Positions 31,335 to 42,435 of a stretch of DNA of 64,000 nucleotides are shown here, one piece after another. The notes under the pieces were generated by a model. It saw nothing but the letters and a program-made list of their open reading frames with translations. It did no database searches and was not told the origin of the DNA. Numbering within the stretch: position 1 is the first letter of the stretch; each line of letters starts with the position of its first letter. The DNA is taken from assembly GCA_050299855.1 (NCBI GenBank), contig JBNKWQ010000011.1, forward strand, positions 25,391 to 89,390. The letters run 5' to 3'. The DNA comes from Hahella sp. Its GTDB lineage: Bacteria > Pseudomonadota > Gammaproteobacteria > Pseudomonadales > Oleiphilaceae. The position numbers were made by a program, and so were the translations under genes.

Positions 31335-31406
31335 ATGTGGTGCAGAAATAAATTGGTTCACGGAACCTAACATCGGACGATCATCATCCAATGTTATAAA
31401 TTAAGC

Positions 31407-31640
31407 TCAGGCAGTTTTAGGAACGGGTTGCAATATACCGCCGCCTACTTCCTTGCCATCTTCCCAACCTGCTTCCCATGCCGCTATTACGACATCACCA
31501 CGATAAGGACACTTGCCCGCGTCCATACCCAGCACTCCCGCCATATAGCCTTGTTGATAGGCTTTATTCAAGGTCAATAAATTCCAGTTTAAAGATAAAT
31601 CGCTAGCCATCTTGGCATTCCCCGATTGTTGTCTTGCCAT
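31407..31640 (-). CDS. rmf: ribosome modulation factor-like protein
   Basis: AYQQGYMAGVLGMDAGKCPY....AAWEAGWEDG matches the RMF signature (GY.AG..G....CPY.....W..GW..G). Start taken at the ATG at 31640. Confidence 0.55.
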   Translation of the reverse strand: MARQQSGNAKMASDLSLNWNLLTLNKAYQQGYMAGVLGMDAGKCPYRGDVVIAAWEAGWEDGKEVGGGILQPVPKTA

Positions 31641-31895
31641 CAAACTTACGTAACGCTTTTTATTCTTGTAATTGCTATAGGAGCTCGGCGCCAGCAACGC
31701 TTACACTCCTTTAAGGCGTACAAATACTGATCCGATCAGAAATTCATCAATATGCGCATTACCACCTATTCCAGTGCCTCAGTTCACATTTCTGTAAAAT
31801 CCGGTTTCAAACTGTAAACTCTGGTATCAGCCAGCAACAAATTATCACGCCGAGCCTGGGACGCTCAAACAATAACCACAGAACTGTGCGCTGGT

Positions 31896-33491
31896 TTACG
31901 TATAGCTTAGGTACTGGCGCAAATAGTCATCAAATGACAGAGTATCTGATGCTCTCAGTGCGGCTTCGTCGACCCAGGACTGTTCCGAGTCGCGAGTCGC
32001 CACTGTCATTTGATCCGCCGTCATGGGACCTTCAAGCAGTTGACGCTGATGCCGTTGGGAAATATCCAGGGTCCAATCCGCATACCCTTTGCCGGAGCGT
32101 TGCATACCCGCCAGCATCTTGGCTGACGGAGTGAGACGGCTGTCAGTCAGTGCCGCATGAGCATGCTGAAGCGCCGTCTGGTAGCTTTTGTCAGATTGGC
32201 CGGCATCCATGGCTGCTGCCAATGAAGCCATTCTCTCCAGAAGTTCATATCCCCACTGTTGGAGTGCGCGTTGCTCCTGCCTGGGCTGGCTTGAGTGATC
32301 CACCACCATGGTCAACTGGCAATCAGGGCTGCGGCCATTCTCAACTGTCGCACTAAAGTTCTCATCGATCAGGCGACACTCCTCATCACTGATGGTCGGG
32401 CTGTCATCCAACAGACAAGTCAGCAGAAAGACGTCCAGGAAATGGACTTTCTCAGCCTCCACACCTACCGGTGAAAACGGGTTCAGATCCAGGCAGCGTA
32501 CTTCTACATATTCAACGCCCCGGCGTTGCAAAGCCTGGATCGGTTTTTCACCGCTGTCGGCCACACGCTTGGGCCGAATGGAGTTGTAATACTCATTTTC
32601 GATCTGCAACAGGTTCGTATTCAGCTGACGATATTCCCCGTCTACTTTAAGGCCGATTTTTTCGTACGCGGCGTAGGGATCGTGAGTCGCATCATAGAGT
32701 GTCTTGACGTAAGTGCTGAGATGATTGAAACAGATTTTCAGCGATGCCTGGGCATTATTCTGGTAACCCAAACCGCTCATTCTCAACGAGGTGGCATTTT
32801 CCATGCCCAACGTGTCCCCCCCCAAGCTGTCCAGGCGATGGTCACGTCCATTCAAAAAGCTTTTGTCTAAGGCAGGTGACGAGCCGAACAAATACATGAG
32901 TATCCACGACCAGCGGCGGAAGTTGCGAATCAGACTAAAATAGGTGTCCGATTTAAAATCCTGCAACGACTGATTTTCAGAATCTGTCGATTGCTGTAGA
33001 GCCATCCAGAAATCATCACCCATGGAAAAATTGAAATGAACCCCAGCGATGCTTTGCATGATGCGACCATAACGGTGGGAGAGCCCCCGCCGGTACACAT
33101 GCTTGATGGTTCCGAGGTTGGAACTGCCATATTCGGCAATGCGGATACTGTTATCCCCATCCAGGCGACAAGGCATGCTGCCTGCCCAGAACACCTCACC
33201 GACAGGAAGTTGCGTATGCACAAATTTATGTGTGTCGCGCAAGTCTGACAGCAATGCGCCGATTTGGCGCTCCACTGGCGTAATAAGCTCAAGCAGTGCT
33301 TCAGAATAATCTGTGGTAATGGTGGGATGGGTTAATGCAGAACCCAATCCTCTGGGATGGTCCGTCTGCGCAATAAACCCTTGTGGATCTGCCCGCAAAC
33401 CTTCTTTCTCGATTCCCCGTTGGATATCCTGCAGGGCATTAGGCTGGCGCAGTAAAAGTGCATCCAGACGTTCAGTGAGGCGTGATGTCAT
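31896..33491 (-). CDS. gshA: glutamate-cysteine ligase
   Basis: About 531 aa from the ATG at 33491 (MTSRLTERLDALL), colinear with enterobacterial GshA (GIEKEGLR, SEALLELITP, HFNFS). Confidence 0.9.
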   Translation of the reverse strand: MTSRLTERLDALLLRQPNALQDIQRGIEKEGLRADPQGFIAQTDHPRGLGSALTHPTITTDYSEALLELITPVERQIGALLSDLRDTHKFVHTQLPVGEVFWAGSMPCRLDGDNSIRIAEYGSSNLGTIKHVYRRGLSHRYGRIMQSIAGVHFNFSMGDDFWMALQQSTDSENQSLQDFKSDTYFSLIRNFRRWSWILMYLFGSSPALDKSFLNGRDHRLDSLGGDTLGMENATSLRMSGLGYQNNAQASLKICFNHLSTYVKTLYDATHDPYAAYEKIGLKVDGEYRQLNTNLLQIENEYYNSIRPKRVADSGEKPIQALQRRGVEYVEVRCLDLNPFSPVGVEAEKVHFLDVFLLTCLLDDSPTISDEECRLIDENFSATVENGRSPDCQLTMVVDHSSQPRQEQRALQQWGYELLERMASLAAAMDAGQSDKSYQTALQHAHAALTDSRLTPSAKMLAGMQRSGKGYADWTLDISQRHQRQLLEGPMTADQMTVATRDSEQSWVDEAALRASDTLSFDDYLRQYLSYT

Positions 33492-33625
33492 AGTTGACCT
33501 CTGAATTAAGCATGCCTGCGGAAGTCCACCCTCTGCTGGCGTAGCCGGAAATTGTTCCGGCCAGAAGGCTGAACGCACATCTGACCGTGACAAAGCCTAA
33601 AAGTTTCACCTGTGGGGCAGAATTT

Positions 33626-36004
33626 TCAGGAAGATTTACTCCCTTTTTTCTGGGCCTGCATCAATAATGCACCAAAGGAACCCATAGCGTCAGCACCTGT
33701 TTTAGCCGTCCCCTTACCTTGACCTTTGCCCTGTCCCCGGGCTTGGCCATGCCCTTTGCCGGAGCGCGGACTCTGAGCCTGCCCCCGGCCTCTGCCGCTA
33801 TCGTTCTGAGCTGCGTTATCGGAATTTGGCAGTTCGTCGTCAAGACGCATAGTCAAACCAACACGTTTGCGTGGAATATCCACTTCCATGACTTTGACCT
33901 TCACGATGTCGCCGGTCTTAACCACTTCTCTTGGGTCTTTAACAAATTTGTTGGAAAGGGCAGAAATATGCACCAGACCATCCTGATGCACACCGATATC
34001 CACAAAAGCACCGAAGTTGGCAACATTGGTCACTGCACCTTCCAATACCATTCCCGCCTTGAGATCTTTGATGTCCTCAACCCCCTCCTGGTATTGCGCA
34101 AAAGTGAATTCAGGTCGCGGATCCCGGCCCGGCTTATCCAGTTCGGCAATAATATCCTTCACCGTTGGCACACCGAAATGCTCATCGGTATATTCCTCAG
34201 CCTTGAGGCTTCTCAGAAATCCAGAATCACCGATAATAGATGCAACTTCCCGTCGCTGTCGGGCGGCAATCTTTGCCACGACACCATAGGCTTCCGGATG
34301 CACTGCGGAACCATCCAGTGGATTATCCCCCTGCATGATACGCAGGAAACCTGCAGCCTGTTCGAAGGTTTTCTCTCCCAGACGAGGTACTTTCCCCAGA
34401 TCCTTACGGCGGCGGAAAGCACCGTTGCTGTCCCGGTAGCTGACAATATTGTTGGCCAAGGTCGCATTGAGACCCGCCACTCGCGACAGAAGCGCTGAAG
34501 AGGCAGTATTTACGTCCACGCCCACGGCATTTACACAATCTTCCACCACGGCATCCAGTGAACGCGCCAGCCGGGTTTGACCTACATCGTGCTGGTACTG
34601 GCCCACACCAATGGACTTGGGCTCAATCTTCACCAGCTCAGCCAACGGGTCCTGCAAACGTCTGGCAATGGATACCGCACCACGAATGGTGACATCCAGG
34701 TCAGGAAACTCCCGTGCGGCAAATTCAGAAGCGGAATAAACCGAGGCGCCGGCTTCATTTACCATGATTTTGGTCAACTTCAGCGCCGGCATGGCTTTGA
34801 TCAGATCGGCTACCAGTTTATCGGTCTCCCGGGAGGCAGTACCGTTACCGATACTGACCAGCTGTACGTCATGTTTCTTGCAAAGTGCCGCTAGAGTGGC
34901 AAGAGATTGCTGCCATTGATTCTGTGGAGCGTGGGGATAGATAGTGGCGTAATCCAGTAATTTACCGGTGCTGTCCACAATTGCCACCTTAACGCCGGTA
35001 CGCATACCGGGATCGAGACCCATAGTCGTACGCGGCCCTGCAGGAGCTGCCAACAACAGGTCTTTAAGATTACGGGCAAATACCTGAATAGCCTCTTCTT
35101 CGGCGGCGTCACGCAATTGACCGAAAAGATCCGTTTCCAGCTGCGTAAGTAGTTTGACCCGCCAGGTCCAACGTACCACCTCTTTCAACCAGGCATCACC
35201 TGGCCGGCCCTGGTCTGTAATCTTGAAATGAAAGGCGATCATGCCCTCACAGGGATGGGCGATCAGTCTGGATTCAGGCTCATCTTCTACAACCAAAGAC
35301 ACGTTGAGGATACCGGCAGTTCGACCACGAAACACCGCCAAAGCCCGGTGGGAAGGCACATCTTTAATCGCTTCCTGATAGTCGAAATAATCCTTGAACT
35401 TGGCCCCTTCCTGTTCTTTACCTTCTACCACCATCACCTTGATCAGGCCTTGCGACCACAGATGGTTGCGCAGGCGCCCGATGAGCTCGGCATCTTCAGC
35501 AAAGCGCTCCATCAGAATATGGCGAGCCCCTTCCAGAACAGCTTTGCTATCCGCAAATCCGGCCTCGGCGTTGAGATAACCCTGTGCAGATGCTTCGGGA
35601 TCCTGGGCTGGATTCTCAAACAGGCTGTCTGCCAGTGGCTCAATGCCTGCCTCCCGAGCAATTTGAGCCTTGGTCCGGCGTTTGGGTTTGTATGGCAGAT
35701 AGAGGTCTTCCAGACGATTTTTGGTATCAGCTTCCTGAATCAGACCTTGCAGTTCCGGGGTCAGTTTACCCTGTTCTTCGATGCTGCTGAGAATGGCCGT
35801 CCGGCGTTCTTCCAGTTCCCGCAGGTAACGCAACCGGTCTTCCAGATGGCGCATCTGGGTATCATCAAGGCCACCGGTAGCTTCCTTTCGATAACGGGAG
35901 ATAAAGGGAACGGTAGCACCTTCGTCCAGCAGCGCCACGGCGGCCTCCACCTGGGCGGGCCTGGCACTCAATTCGTTGGCGATGATGTTAAAAATTTTAT
36001 TCAT
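33626..36004 (-). CDS. tex: Tex transcription accessory protein (S1 domain)
   Basis: N-terminus [12 protein letters not shown]...[15 protein letters not shown], a YqgF/HHH region, and a C-terminal S1 domain [26 protein letters not shown]. Confidence 0.9.
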   Translation of the reverse strand: MNKIFNIIANELSARPAQVEAAVALLDEGATVPFISRYRKEATGGLDDTQMRHLEDRLRYLRELEERRTAILSSIEEQGKLTPELQGLIQEADTKNRLEDLYLPYKPKRRTKAQIAREAGIEPLADSLFENPAQDPEASAQGYLNAEAGFADSKAVLEGARHILMERFAEDAELIGRLRNHLWSQGLIKVMVVEGKEQEGAKFKDYFDYQEAIKDVPSHRALAVFRGRTAGILNVSLVVEDEPESRLIAHPCEGMIAFHFKITDQGRPGDAWLKEVVRWTWRVKLLTQLETDLFGQLRDAAEEEAIQVFARNLKDLLLAAPAGPRTTMGLDPGMRTGVKVAIVDSTGKLLDYATIYPHAPQNQWQQSLATLAALCKKHDVQLVSIGNGTASRETDKLVADLIKAMPALKLTKIMVNEAGASVYSASEFAAREFPDLDVTIRGAVSIARRLQDPLAELVKIEPKSIGVGQYQHDVGQTRLARSLDAVVEDCVNAVGVDVNTASSALLSRVAGLNATLANNIVSYRDSNGAFRRRKDLGKVPRLGEKTFEQAAGFLRIMQGDNPLDGSAVHPEAYGVVAKIAARQRREVASIIGDSGFLRSLKAEEYTDEHFGVPTVKDIIAELDKPGRDPRPEFTFAQYQEGVEDIKDLKAGMVLEGAVTNVANFGAFVDIGVHQDGLVHISALSNKFVKDPREVVKTGDIVKVKVMEVDIPRKRVGLTMRLDDELPNSDNAAQNDSGRGRGQAQSPRSGKGHGQARGQGKGQGKGTAKTGADAMGSFGALLMQAQKKGSKSS

Positions 36005-36220
36005 GGAATTCCTATCTAACGCTCTTGCCACAACACTGGCCAGACGATCTCAACGCCGCCATTTTCCAGCGATAAAGCAGGCCATTATATAGATGCCGCC
36101 GCAAAGCAGAAGCCTTGAAAACGACAATCCTCGGATATCCCTTAGAGTCAGCCTGTTTCAACAGGCGCTGTAGTGATTTCAAGCACTGGATGAACCGGCT
36201 TAACACTGGAAGAATCTGAA

Positions 36221-38044
36221 TTAACCGGCGAAGGGGCTGGCCTGAGACGGATGGGAACTGTTTTGGATCAGAAAATCACTGAATTCACTGAAGGGCATGG
36301 GGCGGGCGATTAAGTAGCCTTGAACATAGTCACAATGATGGCGCCGAAGAAATTCCAGCTGTTCAGGTTTTTCGACACCTTCTGCCACCACCTGCATAGA
36401 AAGATTGTGCGCCAGGGAGATCATTCCTGCCACCAGGGTCTGGTCCTGACTGTTCTCCCCCAGTCGATCCACAAAGGACTTATCTATTTTTACGGTTGAA
36501 ATGGGCAGAGAGCGTAAATTGCTGAAGGACGAATAACCGGTACCGAAATCATCCAGGGCGAAGGTAACCCCAAGATGGGTTAGCTCCTTCAGGCACTTCA
36601 CGGTGTACTCACGGTCATACATCACCGAGGATTCAGTCAACTCAAATTCGAACCCGGTGGTGTCAATTTCCGCTGCATAAATGATACGGAAAACGGTTTC
36701 CGCCAATTTGCGATCATGAAACTGACGGAATGACAGATTAACCGAGCACTGCAATCCTTTGAACCCCCTGGTCTGTAGCTGAGCCAGGTCTTCACAGGTC
36801 TGTTGTAATACCCAGTATCCCATAGGGACTATCAAACTACTGTTTTCCGCCATCGGGATAAAACTGTGGGGGGACAACATCCCCCGACTCGGGTGAGGCC
36901 AGCGTACCAGCGCTTCCATGCCTGTCACACGGCCGGTAGCGACTTCAATTTTGGGCTGATAATAAACTTCCAGTTGATTACTCCGAATGGCAACCCGTAA
37001 GTCAGCTTCCAGTTCCAGCCGCGACTTAAGGTCTTTATTACGAGCTTCATCAAAGAACCGGTATCCGCTGCCGGGTTCCTTCTTGGCATCAAACATAGCC
37101 TGGTTGGCATGCTGTAGCAGGATATCCACACTTCGCCCTTCTTCCGGATAGCTGGCCAGGCCAATGGATACATGCAATTCAATATCACGCTGGTTGACCT
37201 GAAACGGCTTGGCGAAGACTTCCAACAGCTTGTCAGCCACTGCAGACATGCTGAAATCTTCAGAAACACCTTCCAGAATCACCGCGAACTCATCTCCGCC
37301 CACGCGCGCCAGACCATCACTTTGTCGCAGCATCTGGCGAATGCGTGCCGCCACCAACTTGATGAGGAAGTCGCCATTCTTATAGCCGAGCGTCTGGTTA
37401 ACGGTACGAAAATCATCAATATTCAAAAATAACAGGCCGACCTGCTTCTTGCTGCGCTGTGCGCGTAGCAGTGCCTGATGCAAGCGATCATAGAAAAGAT
37501 TGCGGTCCAGTATTCCCGTCAGTGAGTCCATCTGCTCGCGCAGACGAAAATCAGAGTGGGCTTTGGCCCGATAACAGGCACGACGAAGGGTGCGAATCAG
37601 AATGCCGGACCGCAGTTCGCCCTTGGCAAGATAGTCGGCTGCCCCCCTCAACATCAGTGTGCGGATATGGGCCTCATCCCGGGAAGCGCCTAATGCCACC
37701 ACCGGTGCCTGGGAATATTGGGACAAAATGCGTAGAAACCCGGCCTGGTCCGACTCGTATAGCTGCTCCTCCCATAGCACCAGGTCATACTGCCGGCGCC
37801 TGATCACATCCATCATCATGGGGAGACTGTTGCACCAATACACCTTAAAGCCGGAGCTTGCGCCCAGCATATGCCGGATCCACAACAAATCAGTGTGCTG
37901 CCGAATCAGGATTAAAATGGACATTGAAGCCGACATCTCCTGGGGATGACGCCTGGCTGTCCGCGTAATGGGTGATTGTTGTGGCATTTGGATTCCGCTT
38001 GGCTTCACGCCCTCTGCTTTACACCTGTTTAAGACACGGAGCAT
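36221..38044 (-). CDS. GGDEF-EAL (c-di-GMP turnover) protein with degenerate receiver-like N-domain
   Basis: GGDEF motif (RVGGDEFAV) and EAL motif (MEALVRW, DDFGTGYSS). The N-terminal ~125 aa are REC-like. The start is uncertain: internal Met codons at residues 20, 37 and 41 of the ORF. Confidence 0.85.
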   Translation of the reverse strand: MLRVLNRCKAEGVKPSGIQMPQQSPITRTARRHPQEMSASMSILILIRQHTDLLWIRHMLGASSGFKVYWCNSLPMMMDVIRRRQYDLVLWEEQLYESDQAGFLRILSQYSQAPVVALGASRDEAHIRTLMLRGAADYLAKGELRSGILIRTLRRACYRAKAHSDFRLREQMDSLTGILDRNLFYDRLHQALLRAQRSKKQVGLLFLNIDDFRTVNQTLGYKNGDFLIKLVAARIRQMLRQSDGLARVGGDEFAVILEGVSEDFSMSAVADKLLEVFAKPFQVNQRDIELHVSIGLASYPEEGRSVDILLQHANQAMFDAKKEPGSGYRFFDEARNKDLKSRLELEADLRVAIRSNQLEVYYQPKIEVATGRVTGMEALVRWPHPSRGMLSPHSFIPMAENSSLIVPMGYWVLQQTCEDLAQLQTRGFKGLQCSVNLSFRQFHDRKLAETVFRIIYAAEIDTTGFEFELTESSVMYDREYTVKCLKELTHLGVTFALDDFGTGYSSFSNLRSLPISTVKIDKSFVDRLGENSQDQTLVAGMISLAHNLSMQVVAEGVEKPEQLEFLRRHHCDYVQGYLIARPMPFSEFSDFLIQNSSHPSQASPFAG

Positions 38045-38386
38045 CGACTTGTATAGTGGCCATCCACAAGGTTGTCGCTACAGGAACAAACATAGCGTAG
38101 GCAATCCTCTTAATGGAAGTATAGCCGGTGAGCAGATTTCAGCATTACCCTTGCTACCCATGTTACTTTCCAGGTCATTCATCTGGTCCTGCTATCGCTA
38201 TAATCCACTATCCTAGGAAAATGTCCGCCACCCAATCAATATCCTCTCTTCCTTATAAAAAATCATTATGAAACTACCAGCAAGTGTTCTGCTAAAATGC
38301 GCCCTTCGTTCGCTCCTGCTCCTGAGTTACCTTCAAGTGAGTAGTGCTCCCTAAGCCCATTATCCGATATTCCGGCAGGTTCCAAC

Positions 38387-40414
38387 TTGGCCAAACTCAA
38401 TCCCAGGCAACGTGAAGCCGTCCACTACATTGACGGCCCTCTCTTAGTGCTGGCCGGTGCCGGTAGCGGCAAAACCAGTGTTATTACCCGTAAGATAGCC
38501 TATCTCATTGAAGAGTGCGGAATCAAAGCCAAGCACATCGCAGCCGTCACCTTTACTAATAAGGCGGCGCGGGAAATGAAAGAAAGGGTAACTCAGCAGG
38601 TTTCGGGTCCGGCGGCGCGAGGCCTGACAGTCTCCACCTTTCATAACCTGGGGATGAATATCATCCGTATTGAGCACAAAGCCCTGGGCTATAAGCCCGG
38701 CTTTTCGATCTTTGACGAACAGGACGCCAAGACCATCATCCGTGACCTGATCTTTAAGGAATATGCCGATGCCATCGAAGACGTTAACCAATTGCAGGCC
38801 CAGTTTTCCGCCTGGAAAAACGACATGCTTACGCCAGAAGCGGCCATCAGGCAGGCGATCACTCAGGACGAACTCACCTCCGCACGGGTTTACCAGCACT
38901 ACAACCAGTACCTCAAAGCCTACAATGCCGTGGACTTTGATGACCTGATTCTGCTGCCGGTACTCTTATTCCGCGACCAGCCACAGATTCTGCAGAAATG
39001 GCGTGAACGTATCCGCTATCTGCTGGTAGACGAATATCAAGACACTAACCTCAGCCAGTATGAGCTGGTGCGGCAACTGGTGATCGAACGCCAGGGGCTG
39101 ACAGTAGTGGGTGATGACGACCAGTCCATATATGCCTGGCGGGGTGCCCGGCCGGAAAACCTGGCCCGTCTGCAACAGGATTTCCCCAGCCTCAAGCTGG
39201 TCAAGCTGGAGCAAAACTATCGTTCCACAGCACGTATTCTCAAAGCGGCCAATACACTGATCGCCAACAATCCCCACGTGTTTGAAAAAGCACTCTGGAG
39301 TGATTTCGGCATGGGTGATGAAATCCGCCTGGTTCAGGTTCGCAATGAGGATGCAGAGGCCGAGCGCATTGCCTCGGAAATTCTGGGATTGCGGCTACAG
39401 AAACGGGTGAACTTCAAAGATTGCGCCGTACTTTACCGGGGCAACCATCAGTCCCGCCTGCTGGAAATCAAATTGCAGGCCAATCAGATTCCCTACCAGA
39501 TCAGCGGCGGCACCTCCTTTTTCTCACGCAATGAGGTTAAAGACGCACTTTCGTACCTGCGCTTGATCGCTAACCCCGATGACGACAGCGCCTTCCTGCG
39601 AGTAGTTAACGTTCCACGTAGGGAAATCGGGCCAGCGACTCTGGAAGCGCTTTCCAACTATGCTCATCAAAGCGGGGTCAGCCTGTTTGCCGCCATCAGT
39701 GAAGCCGGGCTGGAAGAAGTCATGCGTGACCGCGCGCTGCAGCATCTGCGGGAATTCTCTGAGACGATATTGCATACCACGACCCGCTGCGAGGAAGAGG
39801 ACCCGGTCCCAGCTCTGAAACAACTCTTTACTCAGGTGGACTATGAGGACTGGCTGCATCAGAACAGCACATCCCCTCAGCAAGCTGAACGACGCATGGC
39901 CAACGTCTGGCTACTGCTGGATCAGGTTGCCCGCATGCTGGAGTACGATCCGCTGGAAGACGAACCGCTGACATTGAAAGATGTTATCGCCAAACTGCTA
40001 TTGCGTGACCTGATGGAAAAACAGGCCGAAGAAGAGGAAGAGGACAAAGTTCATCTGTTGACTTTGCATGCCTCCAAAGGCCTGGAATTTCCCCATGTGT
40101 TTATCATGGGGCTGGAAGAAGACATATTGCCGCACCGCAACAGTATCGAAACCAACCAGATCGAAGAGGAAAGACGGCTGATGTATGTCGGCATCACCCG
40201 TGCCAAACAAACCCTCTGTATGACCTACTGTGCGGAACGCAGGCAGTTCGGGGAAAAAATCGAGACAACATCCAGCCGTTTTCTGGACGAACTGCCACCC
40301 GAAGATGTGATTTGGGAGGGCGTCGGACATCAGAGCCCTGAACGCAACATGGCCAAGGGCCGGGCCACTCTGGATGCCCTCTTCCGCGATCTGGCCGACG
40401 ACGAAACCGGTTAA
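38387..40414 (+). CDS. rep: ATP-dependent DNA helicase Rep
   Basis: UvrD/Rep SF1 motifs AGAGSGKTSV, DEYQDTN, NYRS and LTLHASKGLEF. 675 aa with a TTG start. It is followed by cytochrome c5, as in pseudomonads. Confidence 0.9.
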   Translation: MAKLNPRQREAVHYIDGPLLVLAGAGSGKTSVITRKIAYLIEECGIKAKHIAAVTFTNKAAREMKERVTQQVSGPAARGLTVSTFHNLGMNIIRIEHKALGYKPGFSIFDEQDAKTIIRDLIFKEYADAIEDVNQLQAQFSAWKNDMLTPEAAIRQAITQDELTSARVYQHYNQYLKAYNAVDFDDLILLPVLLFRDQPQILQKWRERIRYLLVDEYQDTNLSQYELVRQLVIERQGLTVVGDDDQSIYAWRGARPENLARLQQDFPSLKLVKLEQNYRSTARILKAANTLIANNPHVFEKALWSDFGMGDEIRLVQVRNEDAEAERIASEILGLRLQKRVNFKDCAVLYRGNHQSRLLEIKLQANQIPYQISGGTSFFSRNEVKDALSYLRLIANPDDDSAFLRVVNVPRREIGPATLEALSNYAHQSGVSLFAAISEAGLEEVMRDRALQHLREFSETILHTTTRCEEEDPVPALKQLFTQVDYEDWLHQNSTSPQQAERRMANVWLLLDQVARMLEYDPLEDEPLTLKDVIAKLLLRDLMEKQAEEEEEDKVHLLTLHASKGLEFPHVFIMGLEEDILPHRNSIETNQIEEERRLMYVGITRAKQTLCMTYCAERRQFGEKIETTSSRFLDELPPEDVIWEGVGHQSPERNMAKGRATLDALFRDLADDETG

Positions 40415-40446
40415 TCCCTTCGTCTGACGATCATTTACCAGACACA

Positions 40447-40474
40447 AAAAAAGCCGCTATTGCGGCTTTTATTT
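40447..40474. terminator. bidirectional Rho-independent terminator between rep and the cytochrome c5 gene
   Basis: AAAAAAGCCGC-tatt-GCGGCTTTTATTT has an A-run and a T-run flanking a GC-rich stem. Confidence 0.75.
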
Positions 40475-40501
40475 GGGACGCTCGCTTCAAGAAGCGGCCA
40501 C

Positions 40502-40930
40502 TTACTGGCTGCGTCCAACCATTACTTCAACAGTGGCGGCAATTTCTTCATCGGTACAGTCGGCACAGGTACCACGAGGTGGCATGCCGCGAATACCGTT
40601 GATCGCATGACTGATCAGTGTATCTACACCTTGTGCAATACGTGGCGCCCAGGCTGCGGCATCGCCGACCTTAGGTGCACCCGCTGCGCCGGTATCATGA
40701 CAGGCGAAACATTTGCTGCCGTATATATCTTCACCGGAACGGGGACCACTGGCAACGGCAGCTGTTGCAACAGCCTGCGCACCTTCACACTCCTGACCTT
40801 CGACACACACCTGGCCGACCGGCTTGATGCGTTCAACAATTTTTTCCTCAGCAGGACTCAAAGACCAGACAGATCCCGCCATACCCAGCGCCGCAACGCA
40901 AAACAACACTCTCAGAGTCGTATTCACCAC
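40502..40930 (-). CDS. cytochrome c5 family protein
   Basis: Signal peptide, heme-binding CFACH, and a distal Met in GMPPRG. There is an additional Cys pair, as in c5. Confidence 0.8.
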   Translation of the reverse strand: MVNTTLRVLFCVAALGMAGSVWSLSPAEEKIVERIKPVGQVCVEGQECEGAQAVATAAVASGPRSGEDIYGSKCFACHDTGAAGAPKVGDAAAWAPRIAQGVDTLISHAINGIRGMPPRGTCADCTDEEIAATVEVMVGRSQ

Positions 40931-41042
40931 ACTTCCTCATCACCAGCTGTAAATTTTATAGTCGCGCATTATAGCGGCATTACAGAGGAAATATAAAGCA
41001 AGCCTCGTCCCCATTTGACTGGCATCATTTCCCAGCTCAGCA

Positions 41043-41486
41043 TTACTGACTGCTGCTTTCAGGAACAGTCGGCGGTACAGTTTCTATGGAACTGGCCGGT
41101 GCCTGGGAGGGTACGCCGGCAGGGACCACCGGAGGCATTAGTGGATTACAGTTCTTAATGGATACTTTTCCCTGCAGCAAGGCTCCTTTGGAATACTCGT
41201 TAAAATGGCAGGTATTGGTCGCAGGATCGTAATTCTCAACCCATAAATTATCGTCTTTCCAGGTGGCAGTTATATGGTACTGGCCTTTTGGAACGACAAT
41301 GGACATGACCCCGCCATAACGTTTGACGAATATCTGTTCAAAGTGAAAGTAATAGGCGCCCCAACCGATCAGCAAAATAATCAGGGACCCCCATAAACCA
41401 AATTTCCATTTATCCATTTTGCCGAACATAAAAAGTATGGCCATGGCAGCCAATACCACCACAATCCAATATATGTAGGTCACCAT
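41043..41486 (-). CDS. hypothetical membrane-anchored protein
   Basis: 147 aa with two N-terminal TM helices and then a soluble domain. No family recognised. Confidence 0.45.
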   Translation of the reverse strand: MVTYIYWIVVVLAAMAILFMFGKMDKWKFGLWGSLIILLIGWGAYYFHFEQIFVKRYGGVMSIVVPKGQYHITATWKDDNLWVENYDPATNTCHFNEYSKGALLQGKVSIKNCNPLMPPVVPAGVPSQAPASSIETVPPTVPESSSQ

Positions 41487-41724
41487 CGTGATTAAGCTCC
41501 TAATAGCATCTTAAAAAATTTCGCTTCCAATATTTTGCCAGACACGCGCCATCGACTTGAAATTTCTAATACGTCGGGCATGTCGGGCGAATAGTACACA
41601 TCTTTGGCCGTACGCATAAACCATCGGCAGAACAGGGTACCCGCAACAAAACCTGCGGCAGAATCAACAAAGCCTAATGTGTCAAAGCCCTGCTTTCAAA
41701 TAGCCATTTATCCGGCCAGCGCAT

Positions 41725-42147
41725 ATGATGACGGACACCATCCAGCCAGACCTGTATGATAGCGCTATCTCGAAACCCATAGTTGATACAGGCAAGACAG
41801 GATCTGACGCAATGCAACTGACTCCCTATCGGAATATCATACTGGCCGTTGAATTTGTCGCATTGATAGTGCTCATTGGCTCGATGGTGATTTTTAGTCA
41901 ATTTACCGAGGGCGGAGAGCCCCCCATCCCAGCTCTCTGGCTAATCCCGATTATTGCCAGCCTGCTGGTAATTAGCGGTTTCTGCGGCAACCTCTATATC
42001 CGCTGGATCGAAAATCCTGACACGCAGAAAGCCAACAGAGTTCAGCGCCTGTTCATCTACCTGCTGATAGCCTCTTTATATATCTTCTGGATTATCGCTG
42101 TGAGGCAGGCATGGATATCTCATCAACTCGTGGCCGCAGCGTCCTGA
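41725..42147 (+). CDS. hypothetical membrane protein
   Basis: 140 aa with three hydrophobic helices. No family recognised. Confidence 0.4.
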   Translation: MMTDTIQPDLYDSAISKPIVDTGKTGSDAMQLTPYRNIILAVEFVALIVLIGSMVIFSQFTEGGEPPIPALWLIPIIASLLVISGFCGNLYIRWIENPDTQKANRVQRLFIYLLIASLYIFWIIAVRQAWISHQLVAAAS

Positions 42148-42413
42148 TAGCCGCTTTTGTCTTTCTCTCACCAGTTTGCTGGGGAATGCGCTGCGGAACG
42201 GATCTGATTCGGCTCAAAGATCTGGATTACGAGGTCTACCATAAATGTGGCGCTCCCAATTATGTCAGCAAATTGGGCTATACACTGACCCATCGCAAAT
42301 TGCGGGAGTACAAGATTGAGCGCTGGATTTACGAACAATCCGGCAATGTGATTTATGTGCTGGAATTTACCGGCGGAGAGCTCACCAATATCGACTGGCG
42401 GCGCTCTCCGTAG
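42111..42413 (+). CDS. small secreted protein, DUF2845-like
   Basis: Signal peptide, then the pattern C-G-x-D-L...V...CG.P..........W.Y, which I recall from DUF2845. Unverified. Confidence 0.4.
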   Translation: MDISSTRGRSVLIAAFVFLSPVCWGMRCGTDLIRLKDLDYEVYHKCGAPNYVSKLGYTLTHRKLREYKIERWIYEQSGNVIYVLEFTGGELTNIDWRRSP

Positions 42414-42435
42414 TGTTGGTCTTTAGGCCAACGCT

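Noticed and set aside
33719-36019. Long plus-strand ORFs (259 aa and 263 aa) opposite tex
   Set aside because: They are antisense shadows within a clearly recognisable 792-aa Tex gene, with low-complexity, His/Gln/Phe-rich translations and no motifs. The same reasoning applies to 43957-44730 opposite manC and 53109-53735 opposite the hybrid kinase.
40460-40996. 178-aa ORF antisense to the cytochrome c5 gene
   Set aside because: It is a shadow ORF of a GC-biased coding region. The opposite strand has a signal peptide plus a CXXCH motif, so the c5 frame is the real one.
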